Source of the DNA: a virus
Lineage: Duplodnaviria; Caudoviricetes
IMG/VR virus record: IMGVR_UViG_3300033069_001852
Length of the DNA stretch: 64,000 nt
Reading direction: 5' to 3' (one strand)
The notes beneath the pieces are model-generated. The model was not told where the DNA came from. It worked only from the letters and a program-made list of their open reading frames with translations, and searched no databases. Below are positions 29,516 to 40,075 of the stretch, piece by piece. Made by a program: the position numbers and the translations under genes. The stretch's first letter is position 1, and each line of letters starts with the position of its first letter.

Positions 29516-32500
29516 ATGCCAATACAAGAAGGTGGAACATTTCAGCCGCACTCAAGGATCGTGAGTCCTGGAGTTTTTACGCGTGAATTTGATCAGAGCG
29601 GGATCGCCCAAGGCGTCCAAGATATCGGCGGAGTCGTCGTTGCCCCATTTCCTAAAGGTCCGGGGTTTTCTCCGACTCTTGTCCGTGATGTTGCCACACT
29701 GGAAGACCGCTTCGGCGTTGCCGACGGCACATTCTATGGCCCATATACGGCTAAGGAATACCTTTTGGAGCGGGGCTTGGTCACGGTTTGTCGCGTGGGC
29801 GCACTAACTGGCTACCACCAGAAGTATCCTTTTGTCCTTTATGCGATAAAAGGTGAATATGACCGCAATATTGACAGCGGTTCTCTGTCTGTATCCGGTT
29901 CTGTTCTGTCGCTTTCCGATAGTCTGATCGCATCTTCTTCCGCCAACCTCAGCAATGTTTCTTCTGGAATTCTCTGGAATACAACCACGACGACGACCAG
30001 TGCGTCTTTTGTTTTTGTAACTGGATCGGTCCAAGTTAAAGGCGTTCCTTTTACTGCCACTTTTGTAAATGCGGCAGGTACTGGAACCAGTCCGTTCGGT
30101 ACGGCGGCTAGTGGTTCATTGTATTACAATGGTCAGTCCGCCAATATCGGTTATCTATCGGCTACGACCGTAACCAATATTCTAATTTCAGTTAGCACCA
30201 GCAGTTTGAGTGGTAGTTCCGCTACGACCAGCAGTTTGATGAAGTATTTGTTGACCAATAGTGCGTTTTCTTCATCCTGGAATGGAACGGTCACCTTAGC
30301 TAGTGGTTCAGATCCCTTCGATTATTCCGTCCAGAATCCTGTGTATTTGACTCAGGGCGGTATTCAAGCTATTTCTGGTGCTTGTGCGTCATATATTTAC
30401 GGCATCAGCGGAATCGTTTCGGGAGAATTCGGTGCGTATACCGGAACCTTTACTCCTAATGGCACGCCGACTTTTGATCCCTGTGCCAATGTTTGGACTT
30501 CCGGTAGTGCGGATTACCGCGTTTTGGCGGTGTTGGGTGATACCCAGTATGGTGGTATTAACAGCAGCTTGGAAGCTCCTGGATTCAGTGGTTCTTCGAT
30601 GACGACTGCGAGCCGGATTCAGAATTCTGTAACGATTCCAACAACTTACGATATCACTTTGAAATCCACCGATAGTTCCGCGACCATTGGCACGTATCGT
30701 GTTGATCTGGACGCGGCAAGCACCAAGTATATTTCCAATGTGTTTAGCGCCGATGCCACCGGCGGAGACCCTGACAAACAGGTCGCCGGTCAGAAAATTG
30801 AAGCCGCTTATTTGTATAAGTTCTTCGCCAATAGTTTGGCTACGGTTGCGGCAAACAAGAAAGATTGGTTCATTTCCGGAAGTGTTCTTCCTGATTATAC
30901 CTTCGCGGGTGAAGCGCTTAAATTGGTGGATGATTATTCACTAAATTTAACGGAGGGCGATTCCCAATTCGCATTGACCAATGCGTCCACTCCGTGGGTC
31001 GTATCCCAGAAAATTGCTCCGTGGCAGACGGGCAGCGCCGAAACGCGGTTCCGTTTGTTCAAAGTTCACACCTTAAGCGATGGTACCAACACTAATACCG
31101 ATTACAAGATTGAAATATCCAACGTCAAGTTGTCCGGCACCGTCGCGGGTAGTGATTGGGGTTCTTTCACCCTCACGGTTCGCAAATACAGCGACACTGA
31201 TAAGAAGCCGGTGATTTTGGAATCTTTCCGTAATTGTAATCTTGATCCAACATCCGCAAATTATGTTGCTCGGCGGATTGGTAATGCTTATCGTTACATC
31301 GATTTCAATGGCAAAGTTCTTGAATTCGGCGATTTTAGCAACAACAGCCGTCACATTCGTATTGAAATGAATGGTGATGTTCTCCCGACCACCGCGGTGC
31401 CTTATGGTTTTGAAGCGTATTCCACGCCCATTAACAGTTCCGCGGGTCGTTGGATTCCGACGATGAAATACACCAAGGCTTCCGTGTATAGCGGCAATCC
31501 TGGAAAATATCCGTCCGGTATAACTTTTGATGACGCTCCGACCGGCGCCGATTCTGAATTGGCGAGCCTGTATCCCACCAGCTCGACTGGAATTGGGGCA
31601 TCAGATGACAATAAGCAATACTTCGCTCCGTTGCCTGAATTTGGGGCTTATGGTAGCATTGGAGGTAATTCCGTGTTCGCCTTGGATGAAGTTATCACGG
31701 CCAACGGCGTCGGTTTCGGCAGTTTGTTAAGCGCCGCCTTAAGCGGTTCGGTTCCGGCTGAATATGATAGCGTCAACGAAAACACTTACACAAAGATGCG
31801 TAAGTTTGTATTCGGTTTCCAAGGTGGCTTTGATGGTCAGAGCCCCGCAATTCCGATTAATGTCGGCGCCGACATCACTGCGGGTAACACCCAGGGTTTG
31901 AATTGTGTCAATAGCACCTCCGCCGGGTCCATTGCTTACAAACAATGTATTGGCGCTTTGAGCAATGCGGATGAATTTGATATCAATCTGATTGTTGCTC
32001 CTGGCATTATTCACCAATATCACAGCTATCTCACCAATTTGATCGTTGATATGTGTGAGCAGCGTGGTGATTGTTTCTACATTATGGATATTTACGCGGA
32101 TGATGGTAACCCCAGCGCCGGACAAATTTCGGAAGTAGTAAGCTACGCCGCGCAGTTTGATACCAATTACGCCGCTGCTTATTATCCGTGGGTCAAGATT
32201 CTTGACACCAATATCAATCAAATCGTAACGGTGCCGCCTTCCGTGGTGATGCCAGCCGTATACGCCGCGAATGATAAAGTGGCGGCCCCTTGGTTCGCGC
32301 CGGCCGGTTTGAACCGGGGTGGAATTTCCAACGCCGTCGGCGTGACGGATCGGACGACGCATTCGGAACGGGATGATCTGTATGAGGGTAAGGTTAACCC
32401 CATTGCTATCTTCCCTGGAGAAGGCGTAGCTATCTGGGGTCAGAAGACTCTTCAGGACGCAGCGTCAGCAACGGACCGGATTAATGTGCGCCGGCTGTTA

Positions 32501-32794
32501 ATTGACCTCAAAAAGTTCTTCGCTTCCACTTCGAAGTATCTTTTGTTTGAACAGAATACCTCCGCGACCCGGAATAAATTCCTGGCTATTGTCAATCCTT
32601 ATATGGATTCCGTTAAACAACGGTCTGGTTTGTATAACTTCTTCGTCAAGATGGATGAGGAAACCAATACGGCAGATATCATTGATGAAAACATCTTGTA
32701 TGGTAAGATCTATATTCAACCGACCAAAACGGTAGAATTCATCGTCTTGGACTTCAATATTTTGGCTAGTGGAGCGGTTTTTTCTAGCATTTAA
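29516..32794 (+). CDS. Contractile tail sheath protein (gp18-like)
   Basis: SPGVFTREFD, KGP, YAAAYYPWV, PWFAPAGLNRG, VNPI, WGQKTLQ, RINVRRL, LFEQN, IQPTKTVEFI. Confidence 0.97.
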   Translation: MPIQEGGTFQPHSRIVSPGVFTREFDQSGIAQGVQDIGGVVVAPFPKGPGFSPTLVRDVATLEDRFGVADGTFYGPYTAKEYLLERGLVTVCRVGALTGYHQKYPFVLYAIKGEYDRNIDSGSLSVSGSVLSLSDSLIASSSANLSNVSSGILWNTTTTTTSASFVFVTGSVQVKGVPFTATFVNAAGTGTSPFGTAASGSLYYNGQSANIGYLSATTVTNILISVSTSSLSGSSATTSSLMKYLLTNSAFSSSWNGTVTLASGSDPFDYSVQNPVYLTQGGIQAISGACASYIYGISGIVSGEFGAYTGTFTPNGTPTFDPCANVWTSGSADYRVLAVLGDTQYGGINSSLEAPGFSGSSMTTASRIQNSVTIPTTYDITLKSTDSSATIGTYRVDLDAASTKYISNVFSADATGGDPDKQVAGQKIEAAYLYKFFANSLATVAANKKDWFISGSVLPDYTFAGEALKLVDDYSLNLTEGDSQFALTNASTPWVVSQKIAPWQTGSAETRFRLFKVHTLSDGTNTNTDYKIEISNVKLSGTVAGSDWGSFTLTVRKYSDTDKKPVILESFRNCNLDPTSANYVARRIGNAYRYIDFNGKVLEFGDFSNNSRHIRIEMNGDVLPTTAVPYGFEAYSTPINSSAGRWIPTMKYTKASVYSGNPGKYPSGITFDDAPTGADSELASLYPTSSTGIGASDDNKQYFAPLPEFGAYGSIGGNSVFALDEVITANGVGFGSLLSAALSGSVPAEYDSVNENTYTKMRKFVFGFQGGFDGQSPAIPINVGADITAGNTQGLNCVNSTSAGSIAYKQCIGALSNADEFDINLIVAPGIIHQYHSYLTNLIVDMCEQRGDCFYIMDIYADDGNPSAGQISEVVSYAAQFDTNYAAAYYPWVKILDTNINQIVTVPPSVVMPAVYAANDKVAAPWFAPAGLNRGGISNAVGVTDRTTHSERDDLYEGKVNPIAIFPGEGVAIWGQKTLQDAASATDRINVRRLLIDLKKFFASTSKYLLFEQNTSATRNKFLAIVNPYMDSVKQRSGLYNFFVKMDEETNTADIIDENILYGKIYIQPTKTVEFIVLDFNILASGAVFSSI

Positions 32795-32805
32795 TCAACA
32801 ATTCA

Positions 32806-32832
32806 AAAGAGGCAGAAATGCCTCTTTCTTTT
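32806..32832 (+). terminator. Rho-independent terminator after the sheath gene
   Basis: AAAGAGGCA-GAAA-TGCCTCTTT followed by CTTTT. Confidence 0.8.
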
Positions 32833-32875
32833 ATACATATAGGACAATAACATTCATTTAACAGGATAAAACACT

Positions 32876-33661
32876 ATGAACATTACAAAATTTGGAAATC
32901 CGATAGAGATTAAAAAAATATGTGAATGGACCAAAAAAGAATTCGTAGTTGATTGGAAGCATAGAAAACAAAGGTTTATCGATAAGATTTCTATGTATGC
33001 GTGGAGAAAATTCAATAATAGAGAAATAGCGATTTGTGGTGGGTGTGGAAAATTATTTGAAAGATGTAAAAGAATATCGGATTATAAAAAGAACTTACCC
33101 ACACAATACTGCTCCCTTCACTGCTCATTATCATCAGATACAAAGAGGGAAAAATTAAGGAAGTGGGGATTGTCAGAAAAAAATCACTGGAATACAGAAA
33201 AATGTCAGAATAAGGTGAGGGCCACAAAATTAAAATTGTATGGTGATGTCAACTATAACAACAAAGAACAAACCAAAGAGACATGTTTGGAAAAGTATGG
33301 AGTACCGTTTGCGGTATACCTCCCACGATGTCAATCTAATGGAAAAAGAATATCAAAATTTCAAAAAAAAATATATCTAAATGTATTAAAAGATCATCCC
33401 GATGCTGTTCTGGAACACTATCTCCCGGATGTTAAGCGATTCGTGGATATATATGTTCCGTCTGAAAGGAGTGTTATCGAATGCCATGGGGATTACTGGC
33501 ATTGTAATCCTAAAAAATGTAGAAAAGATTACTATAACAAATCGGTAAAAATGACAGCGGAAAAAATCTGGGACAAGGATGGGGCCAAGAGAAAATTGTT
33601 AGAAGCGGCTGGGTATGTGGTGTCCGTCGTGTGGGAAAATTCATTGAAAAAATTTAAATGA
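32876..33661 (+). CDS. Homing-endonuclease-like protein (Vsr/DUF559-type domain)
   Basis: Zn-finger cysteines, TCLEKYGV repeat, VDIY...IECHGDYWH...GY.V.VVWE. Confidence 0.8.
   Translation: MNITKFGNPIEIKKICEWTKKEFVVDWKHRKQRFIDKISMYAWRKFNNREIAICGGCGKLFERCKRISDYKKNLPTQYCSLHCSLSSDTKREKLRKWGLSEKNHWNTEKCQNKVRATKLKLYGDVNYNNKEQTKETCLEKYGVPFAVYLPRCQSNGKRISKFQKKIYLNVLKDHPDAVLEHYLPDVKRFVDIYVPSERSVIECHGDYWHCNPKKCRKDYYNKSVKMTAEKIWDKDGAKRKLLEAAGYVVSVVWENSLKKFK
33263..33300. repeat. 38-nt perfect inverted repeat, partner at 39569-39606
   Basis: AAAGAACAAACCAAAGAGACATGTTTGGAAAAGTATGG in both endonuclease genes. Confidence 0.85.
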
Positions 33662-33677
33662 TATATTGGGTCACGTG

Positions 33678-33705
33678 CGACTTAATAAAATAAGTTGGGT
33701 TTTTT
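33678..33705 (+). terminator. Probable terminator
   Basis: CGACTTA-loop-TAAGTTG followed by a T-run. Confidence 0.4.
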
Positions 33706-33739
33706 ATTGCCCATTCCCAGTGGGTGATATTTATAAACA

Positions 33740-34360
33740 ATGAAATTGGCTAAACTTTTAATGGAGAGTGAGACCGTAGGCAAAACCTTCGTCTCCGTGG
33801 ATATTCAGCCAGAGTATGAAAACGGGTTCGACTTCCAATTGTACACCCTTGTAGAGTTTTTAAATACCCATTACGATGATATGGCTCAGTTGGTTTTCCT
33901 GTATAATGGTCACGAGACCTTGGGCATGATAAGGGAGATGGATTATAAAATGTGGTGGTTGGAAAACGGTTTGCGGGAGGACATCGTTGACTCTGCCATA
34001 TTTTATGATAAGGGCTATGCGTTTTTCCGCTATTGTATGGATAGTGGCTTGGATCACGATGTCACGGTAAATTTTATTAGATTCCTATACGAAAATGATA
34101 TTCGGGATTCTCGGGAAATGGATCGGAATATGTGGGCGAAGTATCTGCGCCAATATCGTAGAACGGATAAGAAAGAAGCCCACGAATTACTGGCCAGTTC
34201 AGCGGATTGCGTAAACATTCCTGATTTGATGGATTTCATAAAACGCTTTTCCAACCTTGTTCTCACCGGTGGCGGCATTAATGAATGTCTGAAAGAAGTG
34301 GAAATTGCGCTTCAAGCCTTAAATAAATCTTACAAAATTTTCTCCAAATTTACATACTGA
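33740..34360 (+). CDS. Isochorismatase/nicotinamidase-like cysteine hydrolase
   Basis: VSVDIQP, FYDKGY and LTGGGINECL match the D-K-C triad pattern. Leader MKLAKLLME. Confidence 0.55.
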   Translation: MKLAKLLMESETVGKTFVSVDIQPEYENGFDFQLYTLVEFLNTHYDDMAQLVFLYNGHETLGMIREMDYKMWWLENGLREDIVDSAIFYDKGYAFFRYCMDSGLDHDVTVNFIRFLYENDIRDSREMDRNMWAKYLRQYRRTDKKEAHELLASSADCVNIPDLMDFIKRFSNLVLTGGGINECLKEVEIALQALNKSYKIFSKFTY

Positions 34361-34391
34361 ATAATTCATTCGATATTTATTGCTAGGGCTT

Positions 34392-34595
34392 ATGAAAGCG
34401 AGCAAAAATAACAGACCGACGCATGTTCCGTATAATGATAACGACCTTGAACATGTCTCTGCGGGGCCGGAGTATGGCCAAACCTGGCGGAACCGGAATC
34501 AGGTCTGGGCAGAATTTGAGTCGGCGGAATATGCTGGTTGGGTTAACGAAATACAATCTGCGATTCTGAGAATAAGGCGAATCAGCTTTTTATGA
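34392..34595 (+). CDS. Small hypothetical protein
   Basis: ATG 11 nt after ATATTTAT (34373-34380); 67 aa. Confidence 0.5.
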   Translation: MKASKNNRPTHVPYNDNDLEHVSAGPEYGQTWRNRNQVWAEFESAEYAGWVNEIQSAILRIRRISFL

Positions 34596-34756
34596 CACGA
34601 AGACTAGGTACTTAAGTACTTTAAGCCCTGGTTGCTTTTAAGCTTGCTTTACACTGGGCTTGTTGCGCTTCTGGGCTTAAGTACATCATTTTTTTAAACC
34701 CTTGTCAACATTATTCAATCTTATTTGGATATTTATATTCAGTCTGAATTTAAAAT

Positions 34757-35296
34757 ATGATATCCATTGTCCCACCCAATAGTCTGGCTAAAAAATATGA
34801 CCGAATAATCTTCTGTGATTTAGACGGCGTGCTTGTCGATTTTAAACAAGGGGCATTAAATTTAGGCGTGGATATTGGCGGACAGGACAAACCGCACCCC
34901 AATGAGGACAAGCTTTGGCAGGCGGTTGATGCTTATGGTAAGGATAAATTTTTTGCTAATCTACCGTGGATGCCCGACGGCCAGCAACTCTGGCGTTTTA
35001 TTAATGAAAATTTCTTGGATGTAAAAATTTTAACCGCATTGGGTAAGTCGGACAAAAAGGACAATCTGACTCGCAAGGGCAAAGGTGAATGGTTACAAAA
35101 AAACATTCCCGAGCTTCGTTTGCGGAACGTTCATATGGTCCCCAATAAACACGCCAAAAAACATTATGCTAGTCCAGGAGATGTCTTGATCGATGACACG
35201 GATATATGTATCAATGAGTGGTTAACGAAGGGTGGAATCGGAATTTTACATAAAAATACCCAAGAAACAATACAGAGGCTGGCTAAATTAATATGA
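34757..35296 (+). CDS. HAD-family 5'(3')-deoxyribonucleotidase-like protein
   Basis: CDLDGVLVDF, LPWMPDG, ILTA, LIDD, GGIGILH. Confidence 0.88.
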   Translation: MISIVPPNSLAKKYDRIIFCDLDGVLVDFKQGALNLGVDIGGQDKPHPNEDKLWQAVDAYGKDKFFANLPWMPDGQQLWRFINENFLDVKILTALGKSDKKDNLTRKGKGEWLQKNIPELRLRNVHMVPNKHAKKHYASPGDVLIDDTDICINEWLTKGGIGILHKNTQETIQRLAKLI

Positions 35297-36171
35297 ATAA
35301 ATCAAATCTAAAAGAATTTGTCAAACGGACACTGGAAGCGATGGAAGACTTGACCAACATAAAAAAGAAACAATCTGGCGTCAGTCCCGATAAACTAAAA
35401 CATTCTGGATGTCCGAAGTGTAAAAATCCAATGACCACATTGAATTCCACCAAACCGCCGATGTGGGGCTGCGACAAATGTAAACATACCTGGAAAGAAG
35501 CGGTCAATGAAAACGACGAACCAATAAAAAGAGCATATTCTAAATACAAAGCGGTGTGTAGAAAATCCCCCTGGAAATTCGATGAAAAAAATATAGCTTC
35601 ATTTGGAGTATTTAAAAAACACTACCTGAGTAAAAAAGACAAAGTAAATGAAGAGCACGGCGATGTCCATTATTGGGGTGCGCAACCAAAAGATAAAAAT
35701 AGTAGTATCTCTACGGGCTATAAAGGGACCGATCCGATAAAAACCCCTGTGACTGAGGCTGGTCAACCAAAAATGAGTCCTATGGATTTTGAGATTAAAA
35801 GGCGCGAAATCGAAAATATCCTTAATAAAGGCGGTCGACGCAACGCCGTCGTAGATTTTTTTGATCAAAAAGAAATTATAGACCTAACAGGCGATACGGA
35901 TAAGGATGGCGCAATTGTAATCCAACCAAACAAAGCTTTAGACATATATCGCGGGGGTATTTTTATCTACCCAACCCACTATGAGATTTTACTTAAACTT
36001 GTTGATGGTAAAAAGATTGATCTTCGTAAAGTAACGGATTGGGACCAGGTCAAGAAAACCATTCGTGGTTATAGCGGATTAAACGAATCCATCAATAACA
36101 AAGCGCTCCACCGATTGGTTATCGAGGCGGCTAAAGAAGTCGTCGCGGAAAGTCGTAATAGGAAAAAATGA
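35293..36171 (+). CDS. Hypothetical protein with Zn ribbon
   Basis: CPKC...CDKC; N-terminus MNKSNLKEFVKRTLE; repeated VNE/VTE/LNE sites. Confidence 0.7.
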   Translation: MNKSNLKEFVKRTLEAMEDLTNIKKKQSGVSPDKLKHSGCPKCKNPMTTLNSTKPPMWGCDKCKHTWKEAVNENDEPIKRAYSKYKAVCRKSPWKFDEKNIASFGVFKKHYLSKKDKVNEEHGDVHYWGAQPKDKNSSISTGYKGTDPIKTPVTEAGQPKMSPMDFEIKRREIENILNKGGRRNAVVDFFDQKEIIDLTGDTDKDGAIVIQPNKALDIYRGGIFIYPTHYEILLKLVDGKKIDLRKVTDWDQVKKTIRGYSGLNESINNKALHRLVIEAAKEVVAESRNRKK

Positions 36172-38384
36172 TACAATTCCGGATTTACAACAAACACCTT
36201 GACCAAAATCTCTGGAATGAGCAGAAAGAGCTTGATCCGGAGGTGCGGACTATTCTCCTGAAGATCGCTAAGGATTATTATGAGGGGAACAAAGAAATTG
36301 AAGGTGCGCTGGTCGACGCGTATATCGTCGGTTCCTCCGCAAATTACAATTGGACTCCGGATAGCGATATAGACTTACATCTGGTCGTTGACGCAAGTAA
36401 ATTAGATTTGGAGGAGGAAACGGCCCGTTCATTATTCGAATTGATGGCCAATAAATGGAACCAAAATCACGCCATTAAAGTCAAAGGTCACAATCTTGAA
36501 CTCTACATTCAGGACATCAACCACAATGTGCGCTCTTCTGGAATTTATTCACTTACCACCGGCGAATGGGTAAAAGAACCCCATCCGGAAAAAGTGGAAA
36601 TCGACGAAGAAAATATTAAACAAAAATACCGGAATATGGTAGCCCGGATAGACAACGCCGTCCAGGAACAAAGCGTGGTCAAGATGAAGAAGGTGATGGA
36701 AGATTTACGGAACCAACGCAACACCGGCCTTGCCCGCGCAGGTGAATTTAGCACGGAAAATATTGTTTTCAAGATGCTGCGTCGGTTTGGCAACATCGAA
36801 AAGTTAAAGAAGGCAACGCATCAGGTTTATGACCGGGAAATGACTCTGACGGAAGGCATTAAAAATCCCCACGATTTGATTATTGGTTACGTCACCCCCT
36901 CTTTAAAAGTAAACGCAAAGGATTATTCCCAGATCAAGGGGCATACTGATTTTATTGATGTGAAGAGTTGGTATGGTGTCACCGCCTGGCGGTTCCGTCG
37001 TGATCTAAATTTATTATTCTGGTGGAAACCGCATACGGGTGAGATTAGTCAAGATGAACGGGATACGGTCGTGGAATTTCTGGAACAGAAGTACAAAGCG
37101 CGTAACATCACTCAAAAATTTTTAGTTCCTGGGCCAGGTATGAATCAGGATAACTGGGACATTTCCCACGGCGTGAAAGAGACCCTTCAACAGGAGGAAG
37201 ATGGGGGTCGGATTAATCCCGATGATCTAATCGTTGGCTATATCGACAAAAATATGGAGATAAAATCCACCTCCAGTCGTATCGCCAAGACCCACGGACA
37301 TTTCAGCGGTCAATACTGGAATGGTCAGGATAGGACCATTGGCTGGCGCTTCCGCAAAGATTTAGGAGTATTATACTGGTGGGATGGTGACCCGGATGAT
37401 CGTTCGGTGAGTAATGCCGACCGGCTGGCGGTGTTAGATTACCTGCGTGAAAAATATCATTTCACGGGACCAATTCAACAAAAAATCATTACCATCGGTG
37501 ATAACGATACCCGGGACGATAAACGAAGAGCCCACGGGGTGTTTGAAATGGCCGATTTACAGCTAAAAGGTAAAACTCCCTATGCGGGGGAAGTGCGGCT
37601 TAAAGATTTGCCGATTGAAGCCGCCAAAGAAAACATTGTGGTTTTTCGCAACGACAAGGAAACCTTTTTCCCCGCCGGATTTACCTTGGTTTATTTCATG
37701 GATTCTGACCAAGCCGTTCAAGCCATTAAAACCGGCGGCATTCCCTACCTTATGGTGCCCCGTGGGACATTTTATTCCGGCGGCTCACCAATCACCGACA
37801 TCTGGAAGAAAAAATTTCAAAAACCAGGTACCGAACATATCATTGGTGTATTAGAAGGCGTAAGCAATGACCAGGAAATTTTCGTGGATATGCTTACCGT
37901 CCGGCCACATTGGCAAAGAAATCACGTCGCCACACGGATGCTTAATCAGTTAAAAACAATGTTCCCCAACGCACAAGTTAAAACTTCCGGCCAGACGGCG
38001 ACCGGTGAAAAATTTTTTAGTGCGCTGAAAGAAGAGGATACCAACCCTAATCGCAGCTTTACATGGATAACCGGATTAACCAACGACAATTTAGAATCGG
38101 TTTCCGAAAAATATAGCGGGCACATCAACAATGTTACCCATCAAAAACTTCAAATAAAAAATTCGCAGAAATTTCCTACGGGGCATACAATTGCCTGGCG
38201 CTATGTTTATGATGGCGACTTCATAAATTTTTGGAATTCACCCTCTGCCGATCAAACGGAAGAAATTTACTCCCACCTTAAACAAAAATACGGAATTACG
38301 CCCAAACGCAATGTCATCATACCGTCCCACAAACATATGTTTACGCCGCGGACAGATGAGCCGCTTGCGGAGCTTGCGGTTTAG
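36168..38384 (+). CDS. Multidomain protein: nucleotidyltransferase, three Trp-rich repeats and a GNAT domain
   Basis: GSSANYNW..DSDIDLH and LELY; repeats IxG...H...WR(F/Y)...(F/Y)W...L..KY; GNAT motif VDMLTVRPHWQRNHVATRML. Confidence 0.75.
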   Translation: MIQFRIYNKHLDQNLWNEQKELDPEVRTILLKIAKDYYEGNKEIEGALVDAYIVGSSANYNWTPDSDIDLHLVVDASKLDLEEETARSLFELMANKWNQNHAIKVKGHNLELYIQDINHNVRSSGIYSLTTGEWVKEPHPEKVEIDEENIKQKYRNMVARIDNAVQEQSVVKMKKVMEDLRNQRNTGLARAGEFSTENIVFKMLRRFGNIEKLKKATHQVYDREMTLTEGIKNPHDLIIGYVTPSLKVNAKDYSQIKGHTDFIDVKSWYGVTAWRFRRDLNLLFWWKPHTGEISQDERDTVVEFLEQKYKARNITQKFLVPGPGMNQDNWDISHGVKETLQQEEDGGRINPDDLIVGYIDKNMEIKSTSSRIAKTHGHFSGQYWNGQDRTIGWRFRKDLGVLYWWDGDPDDRSVSNADRLAVLDYLREKYHFTGPIQQKIITIGDNDTRDDKRRAHGVFEMADLQLKGKTPYAGEVRLKDLPIEAAKENIVVFRNDKETFFPAGFTLVYFMDSDQAVQAIKTGGIPYLMVPRGTFYSGGSPITDIWKKKFQKPGTEHIIGVLEGVSNDQEIFVDMLTVRPHWQRNHVATRMLNQLKTMFPNAQVKTSGQTATGEKFFSALKEEDTNPNRSFTWITGLTNDNLESVSEKYSGHINNVTHQKLQIKNSQKFPTGHTIAWRYVYDGDFINFWNSPSADQTEEIYSHLKQKYGITPKRNVIIPSHKHMFTPRTDEPLAELAV

Positions 38385-39951
38385 TTGAGTGCCAAACCCA
38401 CTTGGTATTGCCACAATCCCAGATTCGGTCAAACCCAGCCGCCTGCATGTTCCCCCACTCCGTCAACGCAGGGTTAAAATTACTTAACACCTTTTTCAAT
38501 TTGTGTTTTTGAAATGACATACGATTTTTCGAAGTGGCATAATTGCCCATAATGTAGAAATAATTTGGGCTAGTATTATGCGAAAACAAGAATCCTAATT
38601 GAACGTATAAATTTCCTGTAAAAAATCGCCTGTCGCTGTAAGAGACGATGCTTTTCGGTTTAAAATTATTGATAAAGTGATTAAATAATTTACCGGCACT
38701 GCCAATGACACTGGTATCCAATTTATTACAGAACCTAGACATCTCCCACTCCACTTTCTTATCAAACCGGGATTTGCAAAATGTCATTAACGATACCAAT
38801 TCATTTTTACTATATAAACCAAACCGAAGGGACGATATATCCTTTCCCTGTAAATGATTGTTTACAAGAAATAAATCACTTTCATTTTTTGGAACCGGAC
38901 GGATAACGCATTTTCGCCCAAAAACTTTTTGGTTTTGATGGCGGGAAAAAAGATTCTTTAAAATAGATTTTATGATCGATTGTTTAAATTTCCATTCGTC
39001 TTCCCATATCTGTAACAACCTAATGCCATTCAACAAACAACGTTTCATTTTATTTAAATGGTATACCTTATTTTTTCCGCCAATACACTCACTGTGCCAA
39101 TATAACCCATTACACTCAATGGCTAGTTTGAGTTTTGGAATATAGATATCCAATTCTTTTGGACTTAAAATTGTTCTATCATCAATGGCAATGTCAATCT
39201 CCGGTCCCAACAATTCCGTGACATAATCCACGATTTCTTTTTGGAAAAATGACATGCCATTTTTATCACACGTTGGACATATCGGCCCCTTTCCATTGCT
39301 GATGAAATATTCCGACTTGTAATTACACCGTTTACACTTAAACGGATATTTTTTATTAAACGCCTTTGTAACTCCGGAGTACTCATCTAAACCGAACAGA
39401 GGTTCAAAATTTACGAACCGCTCGTGATCCATAAATTTAGAAAACATATTTTTGTTATGGACCAATTTAAACTGTCGTGTTTTGGAGGGGTGATCGACTC
39501 CGTATTTCCTTATACAGGTATTTTGACTTTTCAAACGATATGCTTCAGTATTTAGAAAACTGGAAACGCCATACTTTTCCAAACATGTCTCTTTGGTTTG
39601 TTCTTTATTGTTATAATTTTCGTCACCGTATCTGGCCGATAGTGTTTTCTTGGTTTTATCCTTATGATCGGACATTTTCCCAGGATGATCCACCCCATGT
39701 TTATTCAACATCGACTGTTTGAACCTTTCTTGGGTTTGTGTAGTTTGCATGGGATGATGGCCACCATAACGAAGATCGTGAATTTCTTTTTGACTAGCCG
39801 CCATTTTCGCCAATGTATCAGGATGTTTCTGTGCACATGCCTTACTACAGAACCGTTGGACATTTCGCTTGTAGAAGGATACGGAAAATGTTTTTTGGCA
39901 AGTTAGACATGTTTTTTCAACAAAGTCAGGATTTAGTTTTGGTCGCCCCAT
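38341..39951 (-). CDS. Homing-endonuclease-like protein (Hef-like)
   Basis: KYGV repeats, ELDIYIPKLKLAIECNGLYWHS, IWEDEW, SYSDRR, RIWDCG. Confidence 0.85.
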   Translation of the reverse strand: MGRPKLNPDFVEKTCLTCQKTFSVSFYKRNVQRFCSKACAQKHPDTLAKMAASQKEIHDLRYGGHHPMQTTQTQERFKQSMLNKHGVDHPGKMSDHKDKTKKTLSARYGDENYNNKEQTKETCLEKYGVSSFLNTEAYRLKSQNTCIRKYGVDHPSKTRQFKLVHNKNMFSKFMDHERFVNFEPLFGLDEYSGVTKAFNKKYPFKCKRCNYKSEYFISNGKGPICPTCDKNGMSFFQKEIVDYVTELLGPEIDIAIDDRTILSPKELDIYIPKLKLAIECNGLYWHSECIGGKNKVYHLNKMKRCLLNGIRLLQIWEDEWKFKQSIIKSILKNLFSRHQNQKVFGRKCVIRPVPKNESDLFLVNNHLQGKDISSLRFGLYSKNELVSLMTFCKSRFDKKVEWEMSRFCNKLDTSVIGSAGKLFNHFINNFKPKSIVSYSDRRFFTGNLYVQLGFLFSHNTSPNYFYIMGNYATSKNRMSFQKHKLKKVLSNFNPALTEWGNMQAAGFDRIWDCGNTKWVWHSTKPQAPQAAHLSAA

Positions 39952-40075
39952 ATAATATTCTTTCTGTTCAAATGTGTCTATCTATATATAGATTATCCAA
40001 AGGGATACGACAATATTTTATATTCGGATATTTATTAACTAAGGATGACAAACATTCAAAACAAAGGAAAATTTT

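Noticed and set aside
31739-32362. 207-aa antisense ORF and the many other short nested ORFs in the track
   Set aside because: They are shadows of well-supported genes, with no motifs or expression signals.
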